This document shows positions 40,880 through 50,708 of a DNA stretch of 60,206 nt, in pieces (positions within the stretch are counted from its first letter, which is position 1; every line of letters starts with the position of its first letter). The stretch lies in the sequence record SRR20825010_118; one strand, 5' to 3'. Both the position numbers and the translations under genes were made by a program. The notes below the pieces were generated by a model. That model saw nothing but the letters and a program-made list of their open reading frames with translations. It was not told the DNA's origin and did no database searches.

Positions 40880-40913
40880 AAGCCAATAGAACAAATTCTA
40901 TTGGCTTTTTTTT
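40880..40913 (+). terminator. Intrinsic terminator of the MFS operon
   Basis: AAGCCAATAGAA-CAAA-TTCTATTGGCTT followed by a T-run. Confidence 0.88.
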
Positions 40914-41277
40914 ATTTACAATACTTCCATGAAGCCAAAAATATTTCAATTTTATATTGGAATATTTATTAATTTTAGATTCTTGACTTAAGCCAAAGCA
41001 GGCAATTTTAGCCCGTGTTTTATGTCCAATTTAAATTGGGACAGATGTATTTCCCCTCTCTTTTTTTAGCTATTGATTTTATTTTCCGGTAAACTACAGG
41101 CCGGTTGACCGTACACAGTTTTTTATTCTCCAATAATTGGACCTAACCAACATTACCTTCCAACAAATGGGTAGTTGGCTCTAACATACCTCCTTAATCC
41201 AAGGTAGTATGTCTACACAGAAGAAGATTGAAAAATATCTACAAATAATTCGTTCAATATTATTTAAATCAAAAAAT

Positions 41278-41880
41278 ATGAAAAAGTGCTATCTAGTATT
41301 TAGTATGTTGGGGATATTATGTATTTCCTGTAATTCCCCCAAGCAAAAAGAAATCGCCAAAGCCGTTGTGGCAAAAGCAGAACCCAATTCTGTGGTCGAC
41401 AAGGTAACAAAAGGTCAGCAATTAGTTGCATCCGTTGGATGTAATGATTGTCATTCCCCCAAAATCATGACCGACAGAGGTCCGGAGGTTGATCCAGATA
41501 GAAGACTCTCAGGGCATCCTTCCCAAGAGAACCTACCCCCTTACGATAATGAAACTGCAAAATCTTATGTACTTTTCAGTATGGGACTTACTGCCGCCGT
41601 AGGACCTTGGGGAACCTCATTTGCCGCTAATCTCACGCCGGATGAAACTGGAATCGGCAACTGGTCCGAAGCTCAATTCTTAAAGGCCATAAAAGAAGGG
41701 AAATTTAAGGGAATGGAAAATACAAGACCTTTGCTACCGCCCATGCCGTGGACCGAATATCGGAATTTCCCTGATGAGGACCTTAAGGCTATTTTTGCAT
41801 ATTTAAAAACAATTAAACCAATTGACAATGTAGTGCCCGCGGCCATACTAGCCACACCTCAGCCATTGGAAGCCAAATAG
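41278..41880 (+). CDS. c-type cytochrome lipoprotein
   Basis: Lipobox CISC from ATG 41278. Single CNDCH motif, plus AANLTPDETGIGNWS and PPMPW. Confidence 0.82.
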   Translation: MKKCYLVFSMLGILCISCNSPKQKEIAKAVVAKAEPNSVVDKVTKGQQLVASVGCNDCHSPKIMTDRGPEVDPDRRLSGHPSQENLPPYDNETAKSYVLFSMGLTAAVGPWGTSFAANLTPDETGIGNWSEAQFLKAIKEGKFKGMENTRPLLPPMPWTEYRNFPDEDLKAIFAYLKTIKPIDNVVPAAILATPQPLEAK

Positions 41881-42001
41881 GATTGGATTAGACGACTGTG
41901 ATACATTTATTACATTCATTCCCAGATACTCTGGGAACGGATGATCTTTTCTTATTATTTAGGATTAATTTGACAGGGGGGTCTTTGAGGCCATTACAGG
42001 T

Positions 42002-42880
42002 CTAATCTTTCTTGGGAAAGATGGAGGGCGATGTGTTTTCATACGCTTTTTCACCCCCTATTAAAGTAAATTCTTCCTTGATTTTTTCCCTATTTGTCCA
42101 TACTATCCATTCAGTAAGTATGGGAAAATAGCGAATTATTAAATTGGCCAGAATCCCTAATCGTGTTAACGTGATTCTCTTTTTTCTTTTGGCGATCATA
42201 TCACAAACGCTTTTGGCAACGGATTGTGGAGATGCCAAATTTACATTTGTTCTTTGCGGCAGATAGATCCATGAACCATCTACATCCAGAATTCTTTTTT
42301 CGGGATCGTTCACCGTAAAGCCAACATGGGCTATACCCACATGGATTCCATAGTCATACCACTCTATCCGTAAAGCATCCACCAAGGCCGCCTGGGCCAA
42401 TTTTGATGCTGTATAGGCAGAATTATAGGGCATTCCCCGGAATCCACCCGCACTATTAATAAAAACCACATGTCCGCGGGTTTTTTTTAAATGGTCAAGG
42501 GCATATTTGCTAAGATAGGCGGAGCCATTAAAATTGGTTTCCATAAGCATAATAAAATTGGAAGTGGCCATTTCCTCCAAGGAACCCCTACTACTTATTC
42601 CTGCATTGTTGACCAAGATATCCAACTGTCCATAGCTAAGAATAGTTTCATCAATTAGGTTGGCACATTGATCCGGAAGACGTACGTCTGCCATAAAAGC
42701 TTTTACATCATAGCCCATTGAGGACAATTCCTCGCAACTATTTTTAAGTCTATCCTTTTCCCGACCGTTCATAACCACTTTTGCACCTCTTTGGGCCAAC
42801 TCAATAGCTATGGCCTTTCCTATGCCCATACTAGACCCACTGACTAAGGCAACCTTATCTTTTAGAGAGTGATTATTCAT
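42002..42880 (-). CDS. Short-chain dehydrogenase/reductase
   Basis: SGSSMGIG, LVNNAG and YTASK. Confidence 0.9.
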   Translation of the reverse strand: MNNHSLKDKVALVSGSSMGIGKAIAIELAQRGAKVVMNGREKDRLKNSCEELSSMGYDVKAFMADVRLPDQCANLIDETILSYGQLDILVNNAGISSRGSLEEMATSNFIMLMETNFNGSAYLSKYALDHLKKTRGHVVFINSAGGFRGMPYNSAYTASKLAQAALVDALRIEWYDYGIHVGIAHVGFTVNDPEKRILDVDGSWIYLPQRTNVNLASPQSVAKSVCDMIAKRKKRITLTRLGILANLIIRYFPILTEWIVWTNREKIKEEFTLIGGEKAYENTSPSIFPKKD

Positions 42881-42899
42881 GCCTTTAGGTCTTTCCTCT

Positions 42900-43919
42900 T
42901 TACCATTTTACCACTATTTTACCCATGGATTTTCGCGATTCCAAATACTCATGTGCCTCGGCCATTTGAGCAACTTTAAACTCTCCACCTACAAAGGGTT
43001 TAATAATGCCATTTTGGGCAAGAGCGATAACGGCCTTCATGGCCCTGGCCACCTTCTCTGGATTATCCTCCCCAATTTTCAGCATATTTACCCCGATCAT
43101 CCCCCTGGAATTGCTCAAAAATTGAAGTGGGTGATAAATTCCAAATTGGGCCAAAACTCTTATTTTTCCTAAAATCGATTTTGTCCTGTTCATAGAAGAA
43201 ACCCCGTAGCTTACCAATCTTCCTCCAGCTCCTAGCAGTTTATACCCCTTCCGTACAGAAATACCGCCAACAGGGTCAAAAATGACATCCAATCCTCTTG
43301 TTCCCAGTATCGTCCTAATTTCGGATACAAAATCCTTTTCCAAATAGTTAATGGGATGATGTACCCCATTTTTCCTTAAGTAATCTATTTTATCCGAAGA
43401 ACTGCAGGTTCCAAAAACAAGACATTTTTTGTGCAGTGCCATTTGCACCAAGGCGGTTCCTACACCACCGGCCGCAGCATGCACAAGTACCTTATCCCCT
43501 TCTTGAATATTGGCCATATTATGGGATAAAAAATAAGCCGTAGTGTATTGTGTAGCCAAGGCCACGGCTGTTCCCGCAGACATGGATTCTGGTATTACGC
43601 AAGCTACTTCCTTTTGGGCCACGGCATATTCCGCATACCCCCCAAAGTGGGTCATAGCGCTAACACGGTCTCCCACTTTTATATTCTGAACATTGCTCCC
43701 AAATTTTACAACATGCCCAACAACCTCATATCCCAACAAAGCAGGTAATGGTGGAGCCCCTTTATAAAGTCCCAACCTGGCCATGACATCGGCAAAGTTG
43801 ATTCCGAAAGCTTCCACCTTAATAAGCACCTGATCATCGGATACTTCTGGAGTATCGACTTCCCGAATTTCAAATGCAGTATTAGACTTGCCATATTTCA
43901 CCAAATAAACGGCCTTCAT
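42900..43919 (-). CDS. MDR quinone oxidoreductase-like (VAT-1-like)
   Basis: GINFAD, GYEVVG, HAAAGGVG and GKIVV. No Zn ligands. Confidence 0.87.
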   Translation of the reverse strand: MKAVYLVKYGKSNTAFEIREVDTPEVSDDQVLIKVEAFGINFADVMARLGLYKGAPPLPALLGYEVVGHVVKFGSNVQNIKVGDRVSAMTHFGGYAEYAVAQKEVACVIPESMSAGTAVALATQYTTAYFLSHNMANIQEGDKVLVHAAAGGVGTALVQMALHKKCLVFGTCSSSDKIDYLRKNGVHHPINYLEKDFVSEIRTILGTRGLDVIFDPVGGISVRKGYKLLGAGGRLVSYGVSSMNRTKSILGKIRVLAQFGIYHPLQFLSNSRGMIGVNMLKIGEDNPEKVARAMKAVIALAQNGIIKPFVGGEFKVAQMAEAHEYLESRKSMGKIVVKW

Positions 43920-44095
43920 TGATTAATTTATTGGTTATCACAAGTAAGGTAATCAATTAAAAAATGGAAAGGGATGTTATGAACAAATAGATTGGGAAAT
44001 CAATAGGAGTAAAACCCCAAGGGAATATATACTTTAAAATATTATTGATCCTCCGTTCCTAAAAACTTAGATTGGGCTTCTTGAGCCAATAGCTA

Positions 44096-45529
44096 TTAAC
44101 CTTCAAGCTTATAAGATATTAGGAGAAGCTTTGGAACTTCACTATGGATTGGTACTTCATCCGGGTTATTTATTAAAATAGATTTCCCTCCCCATCTCCT
44201 TAAATAGCGTCTAAGAATTTTTTGAACATCATTGTTATCCACCATAGGAATAATGTATTTATTATATTCCGTAAAGGACGCAAATACTTTTTTCCCGGGA
44301 ATATATCCATAACCCTTGTACACTCCATTTTCTACAACTATTACCGATTTTTCATTCGCCTTTCTTCCAGCTGTCTTGATTATGTAAGTATTATTATCAT
44401 CGGCTGTAGGCATCAAGGCATTTTCAACGCGTTTATTGTAGGCTTCCACAGTTTCCAAATCGCGACAAATACCATGGCATTTTTTTATATGAAAATGAAA
44501 ACAGGCCCCTGAAATATGCTGTAGACTGCAAAACCGCGGACAAAGTCCATAGGTCTCGCACAGTTCCTCCAAAAAGGCCTTACATTCCCCTTGGTTGTAA
44601 AAACAGGCCAAAGGTGATTTTATGTTTCCCAATCGATCATAAAACAGATTTGTAATTCCGTTTTTATCCATCCTTGCGCCTATCCCATATCGATATCCGA
44701 TTCGTTTTTGAGCGCGATTGAATTTTGGTAGGTGTTTTTTTATTTCATCGGATTCCAACAATAGAGCCACCAACTCACTTCCCGTATGGGTATAATTTAT
44801 ATGTGAAGTTTCAAAACACAGTCGCATTTCCTTATGCGCCTTGCTGTAGAGATGGCTCAACACCCGTTGTTTAATATCCTTGGCCTTGCCTACATAAATG
44901 ATTTTTCCCTGGGCATTTTTGAAATAATACACTCCAGTAACGTTGGGCAAGGAGGTTACTACAGATCTAGGCCATTGAGGAGGTACGCCTGCCTGCCCCG
45001 ATTTTGGCCCCAGCATGAAATTAAAGACCCCGTCCGTGTCCATTGCCCAAAGTTTTTCCAGCAAGCCAACCGTGGCCTCCGCCTTGTCCTTTGCGGTTTG
45101 TACATGACCTGCATTAATGCCCAAATGATTGCACATAGCCCCCAGACTATAGCTTTGTTGCCCGGGAATTAGTTTTCGGGACAATCTTAGTGTAGATATC
45201 TTCTTTCGTTTATATTCACCCCCAAGAGATGCCAATTCATTTTTTATACCGTTAAAGTTAAAATTGACATGATGTGAAATAAAAATGCAGTCCTGGGTGA
45301 GTTCTACAATTTCCTTTGCCAATTCATAGAATTTAGGTGCGTTGTTCACCTTATCATTACTAATCCCATTACGCCGGGATACCCTGTACTTAATGGATAC
45401 TTCTGGATTTATCAAGGATGAGAATTCCTTCACCACACTTTCTCCATCGTGAACCAGGATGCAGATTTCCGTAATCCTGTTGTCCTCTCCCCTCAATCCT
45501 GTGGTTTCTGTTTCAACTATGGCGTACAC
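44096..45529 (-). CDS. DEDDh (epsilon-like) exonuclease-domain/GIY-YIG (UvrC/Cho-like) fusion with degenerate exonuclease site
   Basis: GTG start and epsilon-like N-terminal domain. GIY-YIG motifs GVYYF...IIYVGKA...R...E...PKFN and a UvrC-like Cys-rich segment. Confidence 0.85.
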   Translation of the reverse strand: MYAIVETETTGLRGEDNRITEICILVHDGESVVKEFSSLINPEVSIKYRVSRRNGISNDKVNNAPKFYELAKEIVELTQDCIFISHHVNFNFNGIKNELASLGGEYKRKKISTLRLSRKLIPGQQSYSLGAMCNHLGINAGHVQTAKDKAEATVGLLEKLWAMDTDGVFNFMLGPKSGQAGVPPQWPRSVVTSLPNVTGVYYFKNAQGKIIYVGKAKDIKQRVLSHLYSKAHKEMRLCFETSHINYTHTGSELVALLLESDEIKKHLPKFNRAQKRIGYRYGIGARMDKNGITNLFYDRLGNIKSPLACFYNQGECKAFLEELCETYGLCPRFCSLQHISGACFHFHIKKCHGICRDLETVEAYNKRVENALMPTADDNNTYIIKTAGRKANEKSVIVVENGVYKGYGYIPGKKVFASFTEYNKYIIPMVDNNDVQKILRRYLRRWGGKSILINNPDEVPIHSEVPKLLLISYKLEG

Positions 45530-45644
45530 TAATTATCTGAATTTTGGATAAAATTAGAAAAGTATAAGCCAACTGAATGGCTTTTCTTGTATTTAACGTT
45601 TACCATATACAAATTGGATCTTTGTCCTTGGTAGACCGTTACGC

Positions 45645-46133
45645 TCATAGATGATTAAAAAAGGAACGAACTTCATATTCGAATATGTCCAATGGAATCC
45701 TATGCGCCAGGTCCTGTCTAAGGGAAATATGGTAATCCGTATTTTCGGCAATTCTTTCCCCTATAAATTTCAGGGTGTCCTTTGGATCAACAACCTCATC
45801 CATTGCCCCTAGGACCAAACGCTTAAAGGATCGATCTGAACTGCTGTAATCCGGAATATTTTGAAAAACGGAACGCGTATCCAGGGCCGGATTGAACAAT
45901 AAGGCCGGTTTTTTGAATGCAATGGACAAATAATACCCTGCAAAACCACCCATACTGCTACCCATTACAGCATCTATTTTCCCATCTACAAATTGCATTC
46001 TTAAATTTTCGATGCTGTTAACGTCAGATTCGTAGTCGATAGCCGGGGAATAAACGGTACCGTACTTTTCAAGAATTGTTCTTTTTTCGTCGCTAAGGCT
46101 GCCGTTAAGTCCATGTAGATAGAGTATGTTCAT
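45645..46133 (-). CDS. YqiA/YcfP-like alpha/beta hydrolase
   Basis: LYLHGL, GSSMGG nucleophile elbow, LFNPAL, DEVV and a C-terminal His. Confidence 0.85.
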   Translation of the reverse strand: MNILYLHGLNGSLSDEKRTILEKYGTVYSPAIDYESDVNSIENLRMQFVDGKIDAVMGSSMGGFAGYYLSIAFKKPALLFNPALDTRSVFQNIPDYSSSDRSFKRLVLGAMDEVVDPKDTLKFIGERIAENTDYHISLRQDLAHRIPLDIFEYEVRSFFNHL

Positions 46134-46154
46134 TATATGGGTTGATTATCTTCT

Positions 46155-47093
46155 TTACTTCTTCTGTAAATTACGTATCTCTTTCTGCAGCATATCCGTC
46201 TTGTCCAGAGCTTCTTCAAGAGTAAGTCCCGCGTTCATACCGGGCCTTTGGTGACCTATGGAAGTGAGCCAGGCATCTTTCATTATTTTCTGACTTTCCT
46301 CTACAAGTTTCCATATTTCTGCACCATGATTAAATTGTGAAACCACTTCTTCGATGCCGTTAGCTTTGGATACATCCACTTCCCCAAGGTACAGAAGCAA
46401 TTGCTTGGCCATTATCCAATGCCCCGTATCATTGGGGTGCACTCCGTCCTTGGCTAAAAAAAAGTCGTCATCGGAAAGTCGTTTATCTTCCAAGTATTTT
46501 TTCATTGGCCAATGAATATCAATAACTTTCCAGCCATCTGTATATCTTTTACTTATAATCCAATCTGAATAAATATCCAAGACATTGGCGTAGGCTTCTC
46601 CCTTACGCCCATCATAAATAGGAGGGGTAATATGAATTATTGGCGTACCATTTTTTATAACTTCCCCATTCAAACAATTTATTCCTTCCTTATACTTTTG
46701 GAAACGCCCTTCATCAAAAGGCAAATAAATACCATCATTCATTCCATAACAGGAAAATACCAAATCCGGTTTTGTATGCAAAAGGACGCGCTCTAAGCGC
46801 TCATGAAGATCTGGACGCGGAAATTTACCGTCTGCATGCCCTGGTTCCGAAAGACCTGAAACCGTTTCACTGGGCAAGCCTACATTAATAATTTCAAAAT
46901 CCCGATCTGGGTATTTCAAGGTAAAATAGGTATCTATATAAGACACGTACTGCCCGGAATAGGTTATACTGTTCCCCAGAAAAAGTATTCGCTTAACATC
47001 TTGGGGGATTTCATAAGAATTTTGTGCCTTACCATGGAAATGAGACCCGATCAAGAAGAAGAGACATATTGTTAAAAATTTGATATTCATCAT
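46155..47093 (-). CDS. SGNH/GDSL hydrolase
   Basis: FLGNSIT, YGMND and DGVHP motifs, with a signal peptide. Confidence 0.87.
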   Translation of the reverse strand: MMNIKFLTICLFFLIGSHFHGKAQNSYEIPQDVKRILFLGNSITYSGQYVSYIDTYFTLKYPDRDFEIINVGLPSETVSGLSEPGHADGKFPRPDLHERLERVLLHTKPDLVFSCYGMNDGIYLPFDEGRFQKYKEGINCLNGEVIKNGTPIIHITPPIYDGRKGEAYANVLDIYSDWIISKRYTDGWKVIDIHWPMKKYLEDKRLSDDDFFLAKDGVHPNDTGHWIMAKQLLLYLGEVDVSKANGIEEVVSQFNHGAEIWKLVEESQKIMKDAWLTSIGHQRPGMNAGLTLEEALDKTDMLQKEIRNLQKK

Positions 47094-47242
47094 TTGTGTT
47101 CCATTTGTATGTTTAGATATTCGCTCCCTGTTTTTATCAATCCTAAGGATGTGTTGTATTTTTCTAAAAGGGGATTTTTATCTTTTAAAATCTTATTCCA
47201 AGATAACCAATGCAACTATCCAAGCCCTTAAAGAAAATGGTC

Positions 47243-47581
47243 TTAAAATACAGTTCGTATCAATACTATAATCAGCCCGATAACATATAGGGTGGTAAAA
47301 ATCAACTTATTATATTTAGCCAACCAATTGGGAAGAAAAATGTCAAAATTGTCCTTGTCCGAATCCGAATATTTCCTTGCCATGACCGTAAGGGGACAAA
47401 ACATTTTAAAAATCAAAAGAACAATACCCTCCCCTATAATTAAGCCTATACCTACCCAGGTATATTTATCGACATCATCAAAAATTCCTGAATACAAAAT
47501 ATACAAAATCACGGCTACAAAAAATAGCCAGATCAGGGTGTGTACCCATTTGATTACGAGAAGTCGATTCGCTGGACTCAT
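47243..47581 (-). CDS. Small membrane hypothetical protein (CPLT motif)
   Basis: Three hydrophobic segments, with HT and CPLT motifs. Confidence 0.7.
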   Translation of the reverse strand: MSPANRLLVIKWVHTLIWLFFVAVILYILYSGIFDDVDKYTWVGIGLIIGEGIVLLIFKMFCPLTVMARKYSDSDKDNFDIFLPNWLAKYNKLIFTTLYVIGLIIVLIRTVF

Positions 47582-47646
47582 TTAAAAATTAATAAAATAA
47601 TTGCTCCAAACATATACCTAGTTCTTGTAAAGGAGTACGGCTAGAA

Positions 47647-47973
47647 TTAGTTGGATACAAACTTCAGTCCAATTATGGAACCAATTAAAGTGGTAATAAA
47701 GAACATCCTCCAAAAGGTGGCAGGTTCTTTAAATACTAGAATCCCCACCAGTACGGTGCCAACCGCACCAATCCCTGTCCATACGGCATAAGCTGTCCCT
47801 ATGGGCAATTCTTGTGTAGCCTTGACCAACAATAACATACTTATCGCCAAACACAACAAAAAACCAATGTACCAATAGGAAGCTTCCATTCCAGTTGATT
47901 CTTTCGCCTTGCCCAAACAGGCCGCAAAAGCCACTTCAAATAGTCCGGCTATAATTAGAAAAATCCAATTCAT
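47647..47973 (-). CDS. SMR family transporter (SugE/Gdx-like)
   Basis: Four TM segments, AGLFE (membrane Glu) and PIGTAYAVWTGIG. Confidence 0.9.
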   Translation of the reverse strand: MNWIFLIIAGLFEVAFAACLGKAKESTGMEASYWYIGFLLCLAISMLLLVKATQELPIGTAYAVWTGIGAVGTVLVGILVFKEPATFWRMFFITTLIGSIIGLKFVSN

Positions 47974-48037
47974 AAATTCTCTTTAGTCATTGCCTATTGA
48001 TCAAAATTCTTTATCGCTTTCTAACAGCAACACTTAA

Positions 48038-48883
48038 TTACTCGATATTCACTATTGGTTCGGTCTTCAAATATCCCAACGACACCAAAAATTGATCCGC
48101 TGCCGCAACAGTACTTTTGTAGGATTCAAAATCCTTATAATTGAAAAAACCATGGCCCTTGCCATCATATAATTTAAGATCGCACCTACTCTCCACTTTT
48201 TCCATTACCATTTTATAATATTCGGCGGTCACTACGGGAATCAAGTGGTCCTTGGTTCCAATGAAAAGAATCGTGGAAGGAGCATCTTTTTTAATATTGT
48301 GAAGAGGCGAAAAGTCTTTGTAAGCCTCTCCAATTCTTTCATAACCATAACCTCCCGGACCATTATCTACAACAGGGTTAAAAAGTACCAGGGCGTTCGG
48401 GATACAATCTATAGACATATCATCGGCTGGGTCATTGTAGCCTTCAACCAAAGCCGTTGCGGCCGCTAAGTGTCCCCCGGCAGAGCCACCTGAAGCAATA
48501 AGCTTGGTAACATCTATATTAAATTTGGTCGCATTTTTTCTGATAAACCTTATGGCCGACTTAGCATCTTTAACGGATTCGAACGGAGTTGTTCCATTTA
48601 TTTTTGAGGTACGATAGTCTGCCAAAAAACAAACCACCCCCCTTTTGGCAAAATATTGTGCCTGATGCAGGAATTGGGATCTATTGCCCCCTACCCAACC
48701 GCCGCCAAAAAAGAAAACCATGGCCGGGTATGACCTGGAGGATTCCATATTAGGGGGATAATGTACTTCCAAAAACAACTGGGTAGTATCCACCCTCTTA
48801 TAAAGTATTTCTTCTTGGGAGTTACATATTTGGGTACTGAGGAGAGTACCAATTATTAGGACAATAAAAAAATTCAAACGCAT
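48038..48883 (-). CDS. Secreted alpha/beta hydrolase (esterase, HSL-like)
   Basis: FFGGGW, GGSAGGHLA, GTKD and GHGFFN motifs, with a signal peptide. Confidence 0.87.
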   Translation of the reverse strand: MRLNFFIVLIIGTLLSTQICNSQEEILYKRVDTTQLFLEVHYPPNMESSRSYPAMVFFFGGGWVGGNRSQFLHQAQYFAKRGVVCFLADYRTSKINGTTPFESVKDAKSAIRFIRKNATKFNIDVTKLIASGGSAGGHLAAATALVEGYNDPADDMSIDCIPNALVLFNPVVDNGPGGYGYERIGEAYKDFSPLHNIKKDAPSTILFIGTKDHLIPVVTAEYYKMVMEKVESRCDLKLYDGKGHGFFNYKDFESYKSTVAAADQFLVSLGYLKTEPIVNIE

Positions 48884-49093
48884 TGACAGTTTTTTAGAAA
48901 GGCTAGATTAGGACAGCCACATACATTAATTAAAATTATGGTCCTAAGATAGGAAATGCATTGTAAACCATATAGCTAAAAAATGATGTAGATAAGAATC
49001 GTCTTCATGAAGTTTGGAACCAAACCAAGATTATTGAGAAAACTCCACGCATCTAGCTTGTATATATCATCCAATTAAATATAAAATTGGAGT

Positions 49094-49972
49094 TCAATTA
49101 CCATCATTGGATATACTAATCAACTTTCCCCATTCGCAAGCCAAGGCATCTGCTTGCATGGGAACGTGATTTCTACCAACCACCGCGAATATTTTTTTAC
49201 CTTCACTTAAAAGGCTACTAATTAATTGTACCATATGTAGGTTACGGAACTCACTTGAAAATTTATTTATTTCATTCGTAAAAATCCCTCCTGTTTCCAA
49301 CGAATTTCCAGAGGGTGTAAACCAAGTCGAAGGTGCCTGCCACCATTCTCCCTTATCACCCCAATACTTAATATAAGCCTTTTCCAAGCCACTAATCGTA
49401 GTTATCGTATTTTCCAATTGGGGAATGGCATTTGCCTTGACCAACAATTTTTCCATATAATCAATGATCTGGTCCTTGTCCATTCCCAATGTTTCCCTAA
49501 CCCGTTGCGCTTCACGCAATAAAAAGAAAAGTTTAATCTGGTCTATAGGAAATAAAGTGGACAGGTATTCTATTTCAGATATTGGACTTGGTTCAAGGGT
49601 GGACACCGGAATATTTTTTTCATTGGCCAAATACCGAACATAGCCAGATTCCCCCAAGTTTGCAATCGTCTCTTCCTTAGTTGACAGAATTCCCCTATTG
49701 GGCCCTTCAAATAGAGCAATATCAAATTTATCCGAATTCCATTTATCCACTATTTCCTGAAATTGAGGGTGGGATATGTCCTTGGAATGACTGGCCCCAT
49801 AATACATCAGGGTTGCTATGGTAGCAGCATCCTTTAGTTCTATTTGCCATATAGTACTGTCCGTCTCCACAAAATCCGAATAATCCATTAAAAGATCATT
49901 ACAGTCGCCTGGGACTTGAGCCCTAAATATGGCCAAGGACCCCATCAATAGTATTAAAATGAAGTATTTCAT
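49094..49972 (-). CDS. Secreted hypothetical protein, possibly TraB/Tiki-like
   Basis: Signal peptide from ATG 49972, with YGASH, LFEG, RN..M and VVGRNH motifs. Confidence 0.55.
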   Translation of the reverse strand: MKYFILILLMGSLAIFRAQVPGDCNDLLMDYSDFVETDSTIWQIELKDAATIATLMYYGASHSKDISHPQFQEIVDKWNSDKFDIALFEGPNRGILSTKEETIANLGESGYVRYLANEKNIPVSTLEPSPISEIEYLSTLFPIDQIKLFFLLREAQRVRETLGMDKDQIIDYMEKLLVKANAIPQLENTITTISGLEKAYIKYWGDKGEWWQAPSTWFTPSGNSLETGGIFTNEINKFSSEFRNLHMVQLISSLLSEGKKIFAVVGRNHVPMQADALACEWGKLISISNDGN

Positions 49973-50096
49973 TATATAATAATTTTCAATTTTTGTTCTA
50001 AATTTCAATAAGGTAAGCTAGCCATTCAGATCCAACTTCCATAAAATTCACTATTGTTCTCTAATACATTTACGAGGCAAGGGCGCAAATACAACC

Positions 50097-50636
50097 CTAC
50101 CCTTTTCGGATATAATGATTCTGCACTAACTGATCCAAAAAGACTTTTGAGGCTACCAAAGTAAATTCCAATTCTTTGGGAAGTACCGAAAACAAAGCAC
50201 TTCCACCTCCCAATACTATGGGGATGGTTGTAATTGTTATTTCATCAATGAGATCTTCCTTTAAAAAATTCTGAATGGTAACCCCTCCATCAATGTATAG
50301 CCTATGGTATCCCTTGTTATGTATTTTCTCCAAGATTTGCACTAAGCTTCCTTTGACCAATTCGGCTTTATCCCTATATTCCTCAGCTATTGTATCCAAG
50401 GTCCTGCTCACTATAAAAATCGGTTTGGCATAAGGCCAATCCCCTTCAAAACCACAGACTGTTTCAAAAGTTTTACGGCCCATTACAAGGGCATCCACCT
50501 GGGCCATAAATTCAGTATACCCCATATCCGATTGCTCGGGATTGGGAATTGCGGTAAGCCAATTTAATCCGCCATTTCTATCGGCTATATAACCATCCAA
50601 ACTGGCCCCTATAAACACCATATTTCTTTTTTCCAT
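50097..50636 (-). CDS. Dihydrofolate reductase family protein (RibD C-terminal-like)
   Basis: ASLDGYIA, VMGRKTFE, YIDGG and IPIVLGGG motifs. Confidence 0.9.
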   Translation of the reverse strand: MEKRNMVFIGASLDGYIADRNGGLNWLTAIPNPEQSDMGYTEFMAQVDALVMGRKTFETVCGFEGDWPYAKPIFIVSRTLDTIAEEYRDKAELVKGSLVQILEKIHNKGYHRLYIDGGVTIQNFLKEDLIDEITITTIPIVLGGGSALFSVLPKELEFTLVASKVFLDQLVQNHYIRKG

Positions 50637-50708
50637 AATTGTAAATATATAAATAAGGTGAAAATCCTTTCAAAGGAAAGTATCTTCAAGCTTCGATCAT
50701 TACCAAAC

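Noticed and set aside
47974-48037. Guanidine riboswitch upstream of the SMR gene
   Set aside because: Only 64 AT-rich nt, with no ACGR twin hairpins or ykkC-like consensus visible.
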